A program made the position numbers and the translations under genes. From Clostridia bacterium (lineage in GTDB: Bacteria; CBDUZB01; JAGLHV01), in the NCBI GenBank assembly GCA_030637025.1, contig DAOVVV010000012.1, forward strand, positions 1 to 61,595: DNA of 61,595 nucleotides. The letters are read 5' to 3'. The notes beneath the pieces are model-generated. The model was given only the letters and a program-made list of their open reading frames with translations. It did not search any database and was not told the DNA's origin. Shown piece after piece: positions 38,691 through 48,503 of this stretch (within the stretch, counting starts at the first letter, position 1; each line of letters begins with the position of its first letter).

Positions 38691-41469
38691 TGAAAAGGAT
38701 GTTTTTTATTTTTTTTTTGTTTTATTTTTTTTAAATCCCGCCGAAAGTAAAGAACTTATAGTAAAAGTAAGGTTAAATTCTCCCGAACTTCTAAAAGTAA
38801 ACCCCGGAAAGATTGTTACCTGTAGTTTCCTTGTTTCTAATAATGCTAACCGTAAGGAAAAATTTTTTGAAAAACTAGATCTTCCCAGAGGATGGAAATT
38901 AATTGTTTTTGAACAAACCCCTTTTGAATTAAAATCAAAACAAAAACAGGTTAGAGTAATGGCTTTCTCTGTTCCTCTTTCCTGCCCTGCAGGTCGTTAT
39001 CAGATAACCTATTATGCCGGGAGCCATAGCAATTATAAAGTTACTGATAATGCTTCCTTTTCGGTGTTTGTTTTACCCGTAATAAAGTTGAAGATATTGG
39101 TAGAAAGTAAGCCAGAGGTAGTGGTGGCCGGTGATTCTTATAAAGTAAAATTACGCTTGGTTAATCAAGGCAATAGTAAAAGAGATTTGAAAGTAGAAGT
39201 AAAAGGAATTCCTGATTATCCGATAAAAATGGTGGTATCGGAGATGAGTCTTAAAGCCGGGGAATCTGTGCCGTTCGGGATTGTGGTAAAAACAGATAAA
39301 AGATTAAAGAAGGAAATAAAACATATTCTTACCGTTAAAGCCAGTACAAAAGAATTAAAAAAAGAGGTTGTTTCTAGAAGTACAAGCCAGGTGGTTTTAA
39401 CTGAAATTATACCCAGAGTAACCCGTAAATTTGATCCTTATAATAGAATTCCCTCCCAAATAAAGTTAATTGGTGTAAAGGAGGAGGAAGAGGCTTCTTT
39501 TCAAATAGAATTTTCCGGTTTGGGAAGGTTCGACCCGGAAGGAAAAACAGGAATTGATTTTTTATTTAGGGGAGATGATATTTACAATAAAAGTATTTAT
39601 GGGAAAAGAGATGAATATTATTTAAATTATTATTCTAAATGGTTGGATTTTTTTGTTGGTGACCGGAATTATTCTCTTTCTCCTTTAACCGAAAGGTATA
39701 AATATGGCCGGGGAGCAGAAATAAGTATTTATCCTGCAGATTTTAAATTAGGAACATTTTACTTGAAAAGTAGATGGGAAAATCCCCGGGAAGAAAGGGC
39801 AGGAACGTATATTGAATATAAATTTAATGATTACTTTAATCTAAAAGGAAATTTTTTAAAGAAAGATAAAGAATTATATAATGACAAAATTTGTAGTATC
39901 CAGACACAAATAAAACCGACTGAAAAATTAAATCTTGAGGTGGAATATGGTTATTGTAATAGCCGGCGGGAAGAAAGATCCAGTGATAATGCCTATATTA
40001 TAGATTTCGATGGGGAAGTTTATAACCGGGTATACTATACTCTTAAAAAAATTTATGCTAAACCAAATTTTTTTGGTTATTATAATAATATTGATTATAA
40101 TTCCCAAAGAGTGACTTTTCCGATTTATGATAAATTACGAGGAAATATATCCTACCACAAATATAAGAATAATCTTGACCGGGATGTTCTTCGGGAAGTA
40201 GCGGTAAGAGAAGAATCTTACGAAGCAGAAATCTTTTATCCATTTCAATATGGTATGACTATGTATTTGGATTATAAAGAGTTTAAAAGAAAGGATGAAC
40301 TCCTGCCGGCAGATTATGATTATGGGGAAAACTTATGGAGATTCAGGTTGGAACAGACTTTTCGTAAAGTCAGCATTCATTCTTATATAGAAAGAGGTAT
40401 TTTTGAAAATGAGCTTATAGATAACGAAAATAAATATTTGGAAAGATATTCTTTTTATGCCTATTTTCGTCCTAATTACAAACAATCCTATAGTGTTTAT
40501 ACAAAAATCGGACATGATAGTTTTTCAGGAAACCCTAAAAAAGCAAAAAGTAGCGGGGTTTTAGGCACCTGGCATATTAATAATTTTTATTTTAATTTAA
40601 ACTATAAACACTATAAATGTGATAATCTCCAACAGCATAATGTTTTTTCTAAATTGTTCTATACCCTTCCCAATAAACATTCTTTATCGTTAAGAGGCCA
40701 TTGGTTTAGATATGAAGAAATTAAAGAAGAAAAAACTTCTTTTTTTCTCGTCTATACTATTCCATGGGGAATACCAATAAAGAAAAAAGAATTTATCGGA
40801 AGTATTAAAGGAAAAATTTATGACGGGGAGAAGGGAGAAAAGGTACCTATTGTTAATGTAATTTTAAAAATTAACGGGGCAACGGCAATTAGCGATAAAA
40901 AAGGTAGATTTGTCTTTCCTTCTCTAAAACCGGGAAATTATTTTTTGATGATAGATAAAAGCTCTCTTGGTCCAAATCGCCTTACCGATAAAAAGTTACC
41001 GATGATGGTCCGGGTAAAAGGCGGTAAAGTTACTAAAATTGAAATCGGTATAGTCGATTCCGGCAATATTTCCGGTAAAATAATATTTTTTACGGCTGAA
41101 AAAAAAGGAAATAAAATTTTTAAAAATAATGTGTTTTTAAGCGGTTCCGGTAAAAATAATTATCTTGAAGGGTTTAGTAAGAGTGATCTGAGAAAAGTTG
41201 GGGCACTGAAGAATATACTGGTGGAGATTAATAATGACCGGGAAATTTTTCGTGAAAACACGAATAAAGAAGGAAAGTTTTATTTTAAGAATATAAGACC
41301 TGGAAAATGGACTTTAAAATTTTACGACTATAATTTACCTGCGTATCATTATTTTGAAAAAAATGAATTTCAGGTTGAATTGGAACCAGGAGGGAAAAAG
41401 CAATTTATAATAAGAGTTTTGCCTCAATTGAGACCGGTTAAAATTATTGATGAAGGAGAAATAAGATAG
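38690..41469 (+). CDS. Putative usher-like outer membrane protein; frameshifted in a T10 tract within the signal peptide
   Basis: ATG overlaps the chaperone stop (TAATG). One extra T in 38709-38718 fuses it to the long frame (about 926 aa). Ig-like N-domains, aromatic-rich beta-strand core, C-terminal carboxypeptidase-regulatory-like domains. Confidence 0.6.
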
Positions 41470-41530
41470 GAATTCAATATAAAGCGGGAAAGAAAAATTT
41501 TATTCGGTGATGAATAAAAAAAAGATTATT

Positions 41531-42271
41531 TTAACGAGCCATAAATAACATTGCTATTAAACTTAAACCAATACTTATTTTGGTAAGTGTTTTATTTTCT
41601 TCGTCCGATTTATTGGTTCTTTTTTTTGAGTCTTTCTTTGATTGGAGAGAAGTTTTAGAATATTGGTTGTCGGTTAAGGAAAGTTTAATTTCTTTCCGGA
41701 TAAGTTTTTTTAGTTTGGGAGATTTTTGAATAATTTTACTGATTTTTTTTTCGTTAATACCGGAAGATGGGTTTTCCAGAAGAGTCAGTTGATCTTTTAT
41801 AAAAGTGAGTTCTTTAACTGTTTGTTTGTGATGGGGCATCGTCGCCATTAACAGGGGAAGGTTTTTACGGACTTCTCCCATAATTATGTCCATATTATCA
41901 TTTTTTACCGTATTTTCCCCGGATTTATTTTTTTCTGTGCGTTGTATTTTATTTAATTGAGTTTTCAAAGTAACTATTTTTTTTAGTAATAGCTTTTGAT
42001 ATTGGGTTAATGTTTGATTGAGTTTGTTATATTCGTGTAAAGCTAAAAGTAAATCTTCTCTGGTAACCGTAGCCGTAGGCCGGAAATAACCGCTACCATA
42101 TTTATTTATAAATTTATCTAATACTTTTTGATTATCAAAATCTTTAACTGCTTTCTCTACTTCATGGCCTACATCCTTATAGTCTTTTGCATAAACATTA
42201 AAATTTAAAAGAAACGTACACAATACGGTAAAACCTGATATTAGTAATGTTTTCAGTAATATTTTTGGCAT
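41531..42271 (-). CDS. Exported SLH-like + coiled-coil protein with C-terminal membrane anchor
   Basis: YKDV...KYGSGYFRPTATVTREDLLLAL resembles the SLH motif; C-terminal ISIGLSLIAMLFMAR; paralog at 56154. Confidence 0.65.
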   Translation of the reverse strand: MPKILLKTLLISGFTVLCTFLLNFNVYAKDYKDVGHEVEKAVKDFDNQKVLDKFINKYGSGYFRPTATVTREDLLLALHEYNKLNQTLTQYQKLLLKKIVTLKTQLNKIQRTEKNKSGENTVKNDNMDIIMGEVRKNLPLLMATMPHHKQTVKELTFIKDQLTLLENPSSGINEKKISKIIQKSPKLKKLIRKEIKLSLTDNQYSKTSLQSKKDSKKRTNKSDEENKTLTKISIGLSLIAMLFMAR

Positions 42272-42344
42272 TTTTTACCTCCGTTAAACTTTTGAATTAT
42301 GTATTGCAATCAAAATCCGTCAAAGATAACCCGTATTTTGTGGG

Positions 42345-43388
42345 TTAAAAAAACTCTATGATTAGAGAAATTCTATGTTTATTTCCTAATCGATAAGCAC
42401 CAAAGGCATAGTTAAACTGAAAGCTATGCTTGAAAAATTTCATTTTAATCCCGGTTCCTAATGTCCAGTTGATATGGTTGTTTAATTGAGCTATGTTTCC
42501 ATATCTATCTTCAATGGTGATTTCATCTATGCCGGCTCTTAGACTCAATAAGGAAAGTTTAGAAGAAGGCAGTAAATAATTAAACTCACTGCCTAAATGA
42601 GCACATAATGGCTGTTTTCGAGTTTGTATTAAATCTATAGCACCTAATATAGAGGTTGATTTTTTCTTTAAAAATTTATAACTACTGCCTATTTTAATTC
42701 TTAATGGACTTTTATCTATATGTTGATTGTCCCATTTTAATTCTATTTCTTTTTGTAAAAGAATTCCTAATTTTAAATCCTGGGAGAAAGAATAAATTAA
42801 ACCGGCGTCTAATCCATAACCCAGAGCAGAAGCATCTTTTATTTTAGTAAATTTTTGGGTTATTATTTTTAAATTCCCACCTACTAAAAAATCGTTAGAG
42901 CTCATTAAGCCCAGTACACGGCCGTAAGAAATAAAATAAGCATTTTCCTGGTCACTAAGAGTATCTCTTACTATCTCTCCGGAAGAGTTTATCCAGGTAT
43001 AAGGAATATTGTTGAGACCGCAGTGAATCCAGCTAATGGCAAACGAACCTCCTATTTTTTTCAAACCAATCTTATCTGCGGGTAGTAAAATACTAATAAA
43101 TTGATATTTAGGGGTGATATCTTCTATTCCCTCCCACTTACTCCCGGCTAAAGACTGAATCATTGTGGTTAGAGTGATTTTATTTAAGGTTGCCAATCCG
43201 GCAGGATTCCAGTATGGGGCAGTGGCATCATCACTAAGAGATGTAAAAGCTCCTCCCATACCAAGGGCGCGTGCACCAACGCCAATATTTAAAAAAGCTG
43301 CTGCATTTGTTCCTGCCTGACAGGGGTGGATTGTAAAATATAAAATACAAAGGAAGAAAAATATTCCGGTTATATTTTTAAATTTCAT
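42345..43388 (-). CDS. PorV/PorQ (UPF0164) family outer membrane beta-barrel
   Basis: AAFLNIGVGARALGMGGAFTSLSDDATAPYWNPAGLA signature; C-terminal HRISLIIEFF. Confidence 0.9.
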   Translation of the reverse strand: MKFKNITGIFFFLCILYFTIHPCQAGTNAAAFLNIGVGARALGMGGAFTSLSDDATAPYWNPAGLATLNKITLTTMIQSLAGSKWEGIEDITPKYQFISILLPADKIGLKKIGGSFAISWIHCGLNNIPYTWINSSGEIVRDTLSDQENAYFISYGRVLGLMSSNDFLVGGNLKIITQKFTKIKDASALGYGLDAGLIYSFSQDLKLGILLQKEIELKWDNQHIDKSPLRIKIGSSYKFLKKKSTSILGAIDLIQTRKQPLCAHLGSEFNYLLPSSKLSLLSLRAGIDEITIEDRYGNIAQLNNHINWTLGTGIKMKFFKHSFQFNYAFGAYRLGNKHRISLIIEFF

Positions 43389-43400
43389 TTTTTATTATCC

Positions 43401-44471
43401 TCACTTTCTAAATAAAGCTAATGATTTGTGTTTTCTATGTTCACCGGTTTCATCTTTGGCTATAATTTCGCAAAGATAAATACCGCTGGCTAAATTTTGA
43501 CCGGCATAATCAGTTCCTTCCCATTTATCATTGATATGTTCGCCGACTGACCGTTGTTGTCCTTTGATTACTGTTTTTATTAATTTTCCTCCCATGTCAT
43601 AAATGTTAATAGTTACCCGGGCATTTTGGGATAAAACATATTTAATTACAATTGCCTCTTTATGCGGGTCAAAAGGACTGGGATAAGGAATCATATCGAC
43701 AATTGTCTTGTTTTTCACTGTAAATATTGCTGATTGTGTAGCAGACAGGGGTTCTTTATACCCTGTGTCTTCAACATAAACAGTTACTCTATATCTTTGC
43801 CCTGGTTCTAAGGCATTTTCTTCATATGTATATAAAATTGTTTTTTCGATTGAATTATAAATTTCAGGATGTTCGGATGCTCGAAGCACAAAGATATTAG
43901 TTTCCGGATATTTATCCATAGTTATTGTTAATGAATTTAGGTTTATTCCCATTCCTTCATCAAAAATATCGGCTTTAATAGATGGATGAATACTGGCACA
44001 GCCTTCGTTATCGGGTCGTAAATTAGTAATGCGGGGGGGGTGGTTAGTTTGGATATTTATTTTATACATGCCGGAATAAGGGCTTTCACTTTTAATTCTC
44101 CATTGAATGTAATTATTACTTCCCTCTTCAAAAAAGTCATTTGTTCCGTATATTTGAGTGGGTATAGTAATTTTAAAGCGAATTTGATTGGGTGAATAAG
44201 TGTTATCAACAATTGCATCATCACGCCAGCTATGCCAGTTTTCATAAGAATAACCACTATTGGATATACAGTATTCAATTTCGCTAGTATTTATAGCCGT
44301 GTCCTGCGTTACGGTTATTAGACAGGTTATATTAGTAGTGTTTTGCCATTGGGAGGAAGTAGGATATGGGTCGGTAAAGTTAACTTCAGCATAGGACAAA
44401 TTAGGGTTAAATAGTACTAACAAGAAAAATAAATTCATTTTCCCTAATATATAAAGTATTTTATTAAACAC
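43401..44471 (-). CDS. Secreted Ig-like protein with FlgD-Ig/T9SS-type C-terminal domain
   Basis: Signal peptide; C-terminal YPSPFDP...VTINIYDMGGKLIK...WEG...LASGIY. Confidence 0.8.
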   Translation of the reverse strand: MFNKILYILGKMNLFFLLVLFNPNLSYAEVNFTDPYPTSSQWQNTTNITCLITVTQDTAINTSEIEYCISNSGYSYENWHSWRDDAIVDNTYSPNQIRFKITIPTQIYGTNDFFEEGSNNYIQWRIKSESPYSGMYKINIQTNHPPRITNLRPDNEGCASIHPSIKADIFDEGMGINLNSLTITMDKYPETNIFVLRASEHPEIYNSIEKTILYTYEENALEPGQRYRVTVYVEDTGYKEPLSATQSAIFTVKNKTIVDMIPYPSPFDPHKEAIVIKYVLSQNARVTINIYDMGGKLIKTVIKGQQRSVGEHINDKWEGTDYAGQNLASGIYLCEIIAKDETGEHRKHKSLALFRK

Positions 44472-44512
44472 AGGTTATTTCTCCGTAAGATTGTTTACTT
44501 CTCATTAATTAT

Positions 44513-47500
44513 TTATTTTCCAAAAAGTGCCATAGATTTATACATCCTATGTTTACCATCTTCATTTTTAGCTATAATTTCACAAAAATAAATACCATTA
44601 GCTAAAGGTTGGTTGGCATAATCAGTTCCTACCCATTGATCTTTAGTATGCTCACCGGCTTCCCGTTCCTCGTTTTTAATTATTGTTTTTATTAATTTTC
44701 CGCTGATATCGTAAATGTTAATAGTTATTTTAGAATGTTTAGATAAGACATAGCGGATAGTAAGTGTAATTTTTAACGGGTCAAAAGGGGAAGGGTAAGG
44801 AATAAAATCAATAATTGCTTTTTCTTTAATTATAAAGTTAACTGATTTTTGAGTTTCTTTGGATTGGGAATATCCCAGATCTTTTACTGAAATAGTTACC
44901 GTATATTTTTTTCCGTTTTGTAAAGAACTATTTTGATATAAATAGGAAATTAATCCTTTCGTGGAATTATAAATTTCAGGATGTTCGGATCCGGTTACCG
45001 TGATTATATTACTGCCTTGATATTCATTTAGAATAATGTTTATTGAATCGGGGTCTATTCCTAATCCCTCATCAGATACGGCTGCTTGAATAAAAGGATG
45101 AGCGCCGCTACAGATATCTTCGTTTGGTTGCAGTATGGTTAATTGCGGAGGTTGATTGGTAATTATTTTTATTTGATATGGATTTGATATTCCCTCGTCA
45201 CCGTTGGTATTATTACATTTCCATTTAATGTAATTATTATTTCCTTCATTAAATCCGGTTATGCTAATTTTAAATCCGGCAGTGGTTGGGGTGGTATTAA
45301 TGCATTCAATGTTATTTTGATACCAGGTACCGGGAACAAAAAATGCTTCTATAGAGTTTTCTATCCGATATTTTATAGTGGTGGTATCAACAGCGTTACC
45401 AGTGAGATCAACTACGGTTATTTGGCAAGTTACGGTAGTGCTGTTTTGTTCCTGGGATGAAGTTGGTGATTCATCAGCAAAGTTTATAGGATAGACCAGC
45501 TTTATCCGGAAAGAATAATTTGTATTTACAGACATTAATTTATTTGTTTGGTCCCTTGCTCCGCTAATATTAAAATGATAATCACCGCTGTCGGCAGTGA
45601 TGATTTCACTTATAGTCAAAGTAGAAGTATAAATATCGTATCCTGCCCCTTGACTCCATACTCCTGAGGTAGTTAAAGTATAATCGGTATAAGGAATATT
45701 TTGTCCAAACCTTATTAAGGGGTTGATTGAAGTATTCATTTCTTCACTGAAACTAATGGTTATTTTTATATTCTGATAGCCACTAAAAGGGCTTGCCGGT
45801 TCAAGGAGAAGATTTGTTATGGACGGTATATCTGTATCGATGATAAAAGAGTAAGCAGTATTTTCTATCATAGTATTAGCATTTTCGTCTTTTGCCTGAC
45901 TGATATTAAAACGGTAGTTTCCGTTGCCGGCAGTGATAATTTCCGCTGTCGTCAAGGTAGTAGTGTAAATATCGTATCCCGGCCCCTGGCTCCATATTCC
46001 GACTGTACTTAAGGTGTAATTAGTATAAGGAGCATTATTGCCAAACCTAATTAAAGGATGAATAGATGTATCCATTTCTTCGCTAAAATCAATAGTTATC
46101 TGAATATTCTGGCTTCCGTCAAAAGGGCTGGGAGGATTCAAGCTAAGATTGTTGATTATCGGTTTCTCTCGATCGATGGTAAAAGTATAAATAGTATTTA
46201 CCAGCATAGTGTAATCGTTCTCGTCTTTTGCCTGAGAGATGTTAAAATGATAATTTCCAGTGTCGGCGGTGATAATTTCTGCTGTCGTTAAGGTTATAGT
46301 GTAAATATCGTATCCCGATCCTTGACTCCATACTCCGGCTGTACTTAAGGTATAAGTTTCATAAGGGTTGGTTGTCCCAAACTTTATTATTGGATTGACT
46401 GATGTGTCCATTTCTTTGCTAAAATCAATAGTTATCTGAATATTCTGGTTTCCGTTAAAAGGACTGGAAGGATTTAAACTAAGATTGTCGATTTCAGGTA
46501 AAATTATTGTGCAGCTAAAACTTATTTCTGTCCCTGCGAAACGGTTATTGGCTTTATCTTGAGCTTCTGCTTTAACATAATAGGTATCATTATCCCAAAG
46601 AGGTAAAACAATGTTGTCGTTCCAGGTTACTTCCGTATTGCTCGCGGTGGAGAGATGGGTTGTAGAAAGCCATATAGGAAGGAATGAAACCTGCCAATTA
46701 CTTCCGTCCCAATATCTATTATCACTTCCTCTTTTCAGGTAAAAAACAGTGCTGTTTGCGTTTAGTCCGAGTCCTCCGTTGTTATCAGCTGCTTTGCCTT
46801 CAAAAAAAGAAGGGATAGTATACTGAGTGTAATTTGCACCGTTAACCGGTATAGTTACTGAAGCAGTAATGGGTTGAATGCTATCTATGATTATTGTGCG
46901 ATGAGGACTCCAGGTAGAGGTAGCTGTATGAATGTCTTCTGCTTGTGCTCTCCAGTATCTTATTCCGTCACTTATACTACTGCCTGGTGTCCAGGAAGCA
47001 TTGTTTCCACTGGAAACCTGCGGCGAACTTCCATTATCCAAGATGGCGGTAAACCCGGCATCAGAAGCAATTTGAAAATTAATTTGCCCTATATTTACAT
47101 CAGGGTCGGAATAAAGGGCAGTTAAAGTGGGGGTATTATTATTGCTAATAAACCCGTTTACCGGACTTACCAGAGAAGGAATATCAGGGGCGTTGTTTTG
47201 AAACTCAAAAAGAATAGCCATATTATTTTCAAGGGAAGCGGTGTTATAAGAATATTGCAGGCCAGTATTACCAGTGTCATTTTCTATTCCCACTGTTGCG
47301 GAGAGACCATAATCCAGAAAAAAAGTATTAAAAATTACATCATCATATTGGAATTTTATTGCATTGGTTGTTTCGAATAATATTATTTGAAAGGTTATAT
47401 ACCGGTTGTCTCTATCTTTGTGATTAATTTTTTCGTATTGAATTAAAAGATATTTATCAGAGGCCCCTTCTTTTGTTTCGTAATAAATTGACCCGGCAGT

Positions 47501-47887
47501 GTCTAAGTCGTCCCAGAAGGGGACGATAATGTTGTTGGGTGCGTCACTATTAGGTATTGATTCGTTGGTATTAGGCAGGGATGCATTATTTAGCAGTATT
47601 CCACCGTTATTGCCGATGTAAAATGCTGTATAGTCATTTCCGTAGAAATTAAAAGTGAAACCAATGTCAAATGGGCCTTTGACTTCGTCGTCTGTACGTG
47701 TTCCGATATCAGTTCCTGTTGAGGAAATATCGTCCCAGGCATAAGTTGTTTTGGGTTCAGGATCGTTACTATCTGTCCATATATAACCATAAGCATCCGG
47801 CCCCCCCTGGCTGGCATTTGTTAGCTGGATATTAATGTTTAATCCGGTTATTATTACAGCTATCAAAATTGTTAGTTTTTTCTTCAT
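44513..47887 (-). CDS. Large secreted adhesin-like protein (GGPD..GY N-domain, Ig-like repeats, FlgD-Ig/T9SS-type CTD)
   Basis: Signal MKKKLTIL; GGPDAYGY and FGFTFNFYG/PFWDDL domain; three 112-aa repeats; C-terminal YPSPFDP...NGIYFCEI. Confidence 0.82.
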   Translation of the reverse strand: MKKKLTILIAVIITGLNINIQLTNASQGGPDAYGYIWTDSNDPEPKTTYAWDDISSTGTDIGTRTDDEVKGPFDIGFTFNFYGNDYTAFYIGNNGGILLNNASLPNTNESIPNSDAPNNIIVPFWDDLDTAGSIYYETKEGASDKYLLIQYEKINHKDRDNRYITFQIILFETTNAIKFQYDDVIFNTFFLDYGLSATVGIENDTGNTGLQYSYNTASLENNMAILFEFQNNAPDIPSLVSPVNGFISNNNTPTLTALYSDPDVNIGQINFQIASDAGFTAILDNGSSPQVSSGNNASWTPGSSISDGIRYWRAQAEDIHTATSTWSPHRTIIIDSIQPITASVTIPVNGANYTQYTIPSFFEGKAADNNGGLGLNANSTVFYLKRGSDNRYWDGSNWQVSFLPIWLSTTHLSTASNTEVTWNDNIVLPLWDNDTYYVKAEAQDKANNRFAGTEISFSCTIILPEIDNLSLNPSSPFNGNQNIQITIDFSKEMDTSVNPIIKFGTTNPYETYTLSTAGVWSQGSGYDIYTITLTTAEIITADTGNYHFNISQAKDENDYTMLVNTIYTFTIDREKPIINNLSLNPPSPFDGSQNIQITIDFSEEMDTSIHPLIRFGNNAPYTNYTLSTVGIWSQGPGYDIYTTTLTTAEIITAGNGNYRFNISQAKDENANTMIENTAYSFIIDTDIPSITNLLLEPASPFSGYQNIKITISFSEEMNTSINPLIRFGQNIPYTDYTLTTSGVWSQGAGYDIYTSTLTISEIITADSGDYHFNISGARDQTNKLMSVNTNYSFRIKLVYPINFADESPTSSQEQNSTTVTCQITVVDLTGNAVDTTTIKYRIENSIEAFFVPGTWYQNNIECINTTPTTAGFKISITGFNEGNNNYIKWKCNNTNGDEGISNPYQIKIITNQPPQLTILQPNEDICSGAHPFIQAAVSDEGLGIDPDSINIILNEYQGSNIITVTGSEHPEIYNSTKGLISYLYQNSSLQNGKKYTVTISVKDLGYSQSKETQKSVNFIIKEKAIIDFIPYPSPFDPLKITLTIRYVLSKHSKITINIYDISGKLIKTIIKNEEREAGEHTKDQWVGTDYANQPLANGIYFCEIIAKNEDGKHRMYKSMALFGK
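45500..46500 (-). repeat. Three tandem 336-bp intragenic repeats
   Basis: AAGATT(G/T) anchors at 46481, 46145 and 45809 (336-bp period); protein repeat NLSLNPSSPF.G.QNI.ITI.FS.EM.TS. Confidence 0.85.
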
Positions 47888-47916
47888 TTTAATTATTTTC
47901 CCTTTTAAAATGCATG

Positions 47917-47960
47917 AAAATAAAAATACCGGATTACCTTTAATATTTTCGGTAACCCGG
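47917..47960 (-). terminator. Intrinsic terminator built from the aptamer 3' strand
   Basis: Minus strand CCGGGTTACC-N12-GGTAATCCGG-TATTTTTATTTT. Confidence 0.75.
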
Positions 47961-48033
47961 CTATCCGTTATTACATAACAATGGATCACGAGGCTTTGCG
48001 TCTCTCAATTACTTGAGATTTGCCTTTTCGTTT
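47948..48033 (-). ncRNA. c-di-GMP-I (GEMM) riboswitch aptamer
   Basis: Minus strand GAAAAGGCAAA-TCTCAA-GTAA-TTGAGA-GACGCAAAGCC...GGATAGCCGGGTTACCG. Confidence 0.92.
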
Positions 48034-48064
48034 GATTGATTATTTATAGACATTCTTTATTATA

Positions 48065-48092
48065 ATTATAGCACAAATCTATAAATTGTCAA
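48065..48092 (-). promoter_or_regulatory. Consensus sigma70 promoter upstream of riboswitch 2
   Basis: Minus strand TTGACA-N16-TATAAT with extended TG. Confidence 0.75.
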
Positions 48093-48503
48093 TCAGGATA
48101 TAATCTGTGAGAAATAACGCCTTAAATCCGATATTGAAAAAAGGAGACAGCCGAGAAACGACAAAAAAGAATTCACCAAATAGGTAAAAAAGGCATAAAA
48201 ATCCCTCACTATTTAGTATAATAATATCCTAATCAAACATTGTTATACCGACAAACAAAAAAGAATAGAGAAGTAAATGTATTATGACAAAAAACGTATA
48301 AGAATTCAAGTTAAAATTTTTTGAATGTCAGAAGAATATCTGACACTATCTTCAAATAGTGTCATTTGCAAATTACAGGTAACGGACATTTATTGACAAA
48401 TTGAGATAATTTTGATAAGATTCGATTGTCCTGGTAAAGAAAAAACGATAAAGATTTGTTATTTAATTCATAGAAAGATAAATTTGAAAGGGTTGTTATA
48501 GTT

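Noticed and set aside
47888-47989. 34-aa N-terminal extension of the large adhesin given by the ORF track
   Set aside because: It runs through the riboswitch and terminator; ATG 47887 has an RBS and begins the signal peptide. The same applies to 35521-35571.
48300-48503. SAM riboswitch upstream of metF
   Set aside because: No SAM-I core (ATC.AGAG...GGCAACC...GTGC) or other recognisable aptamer
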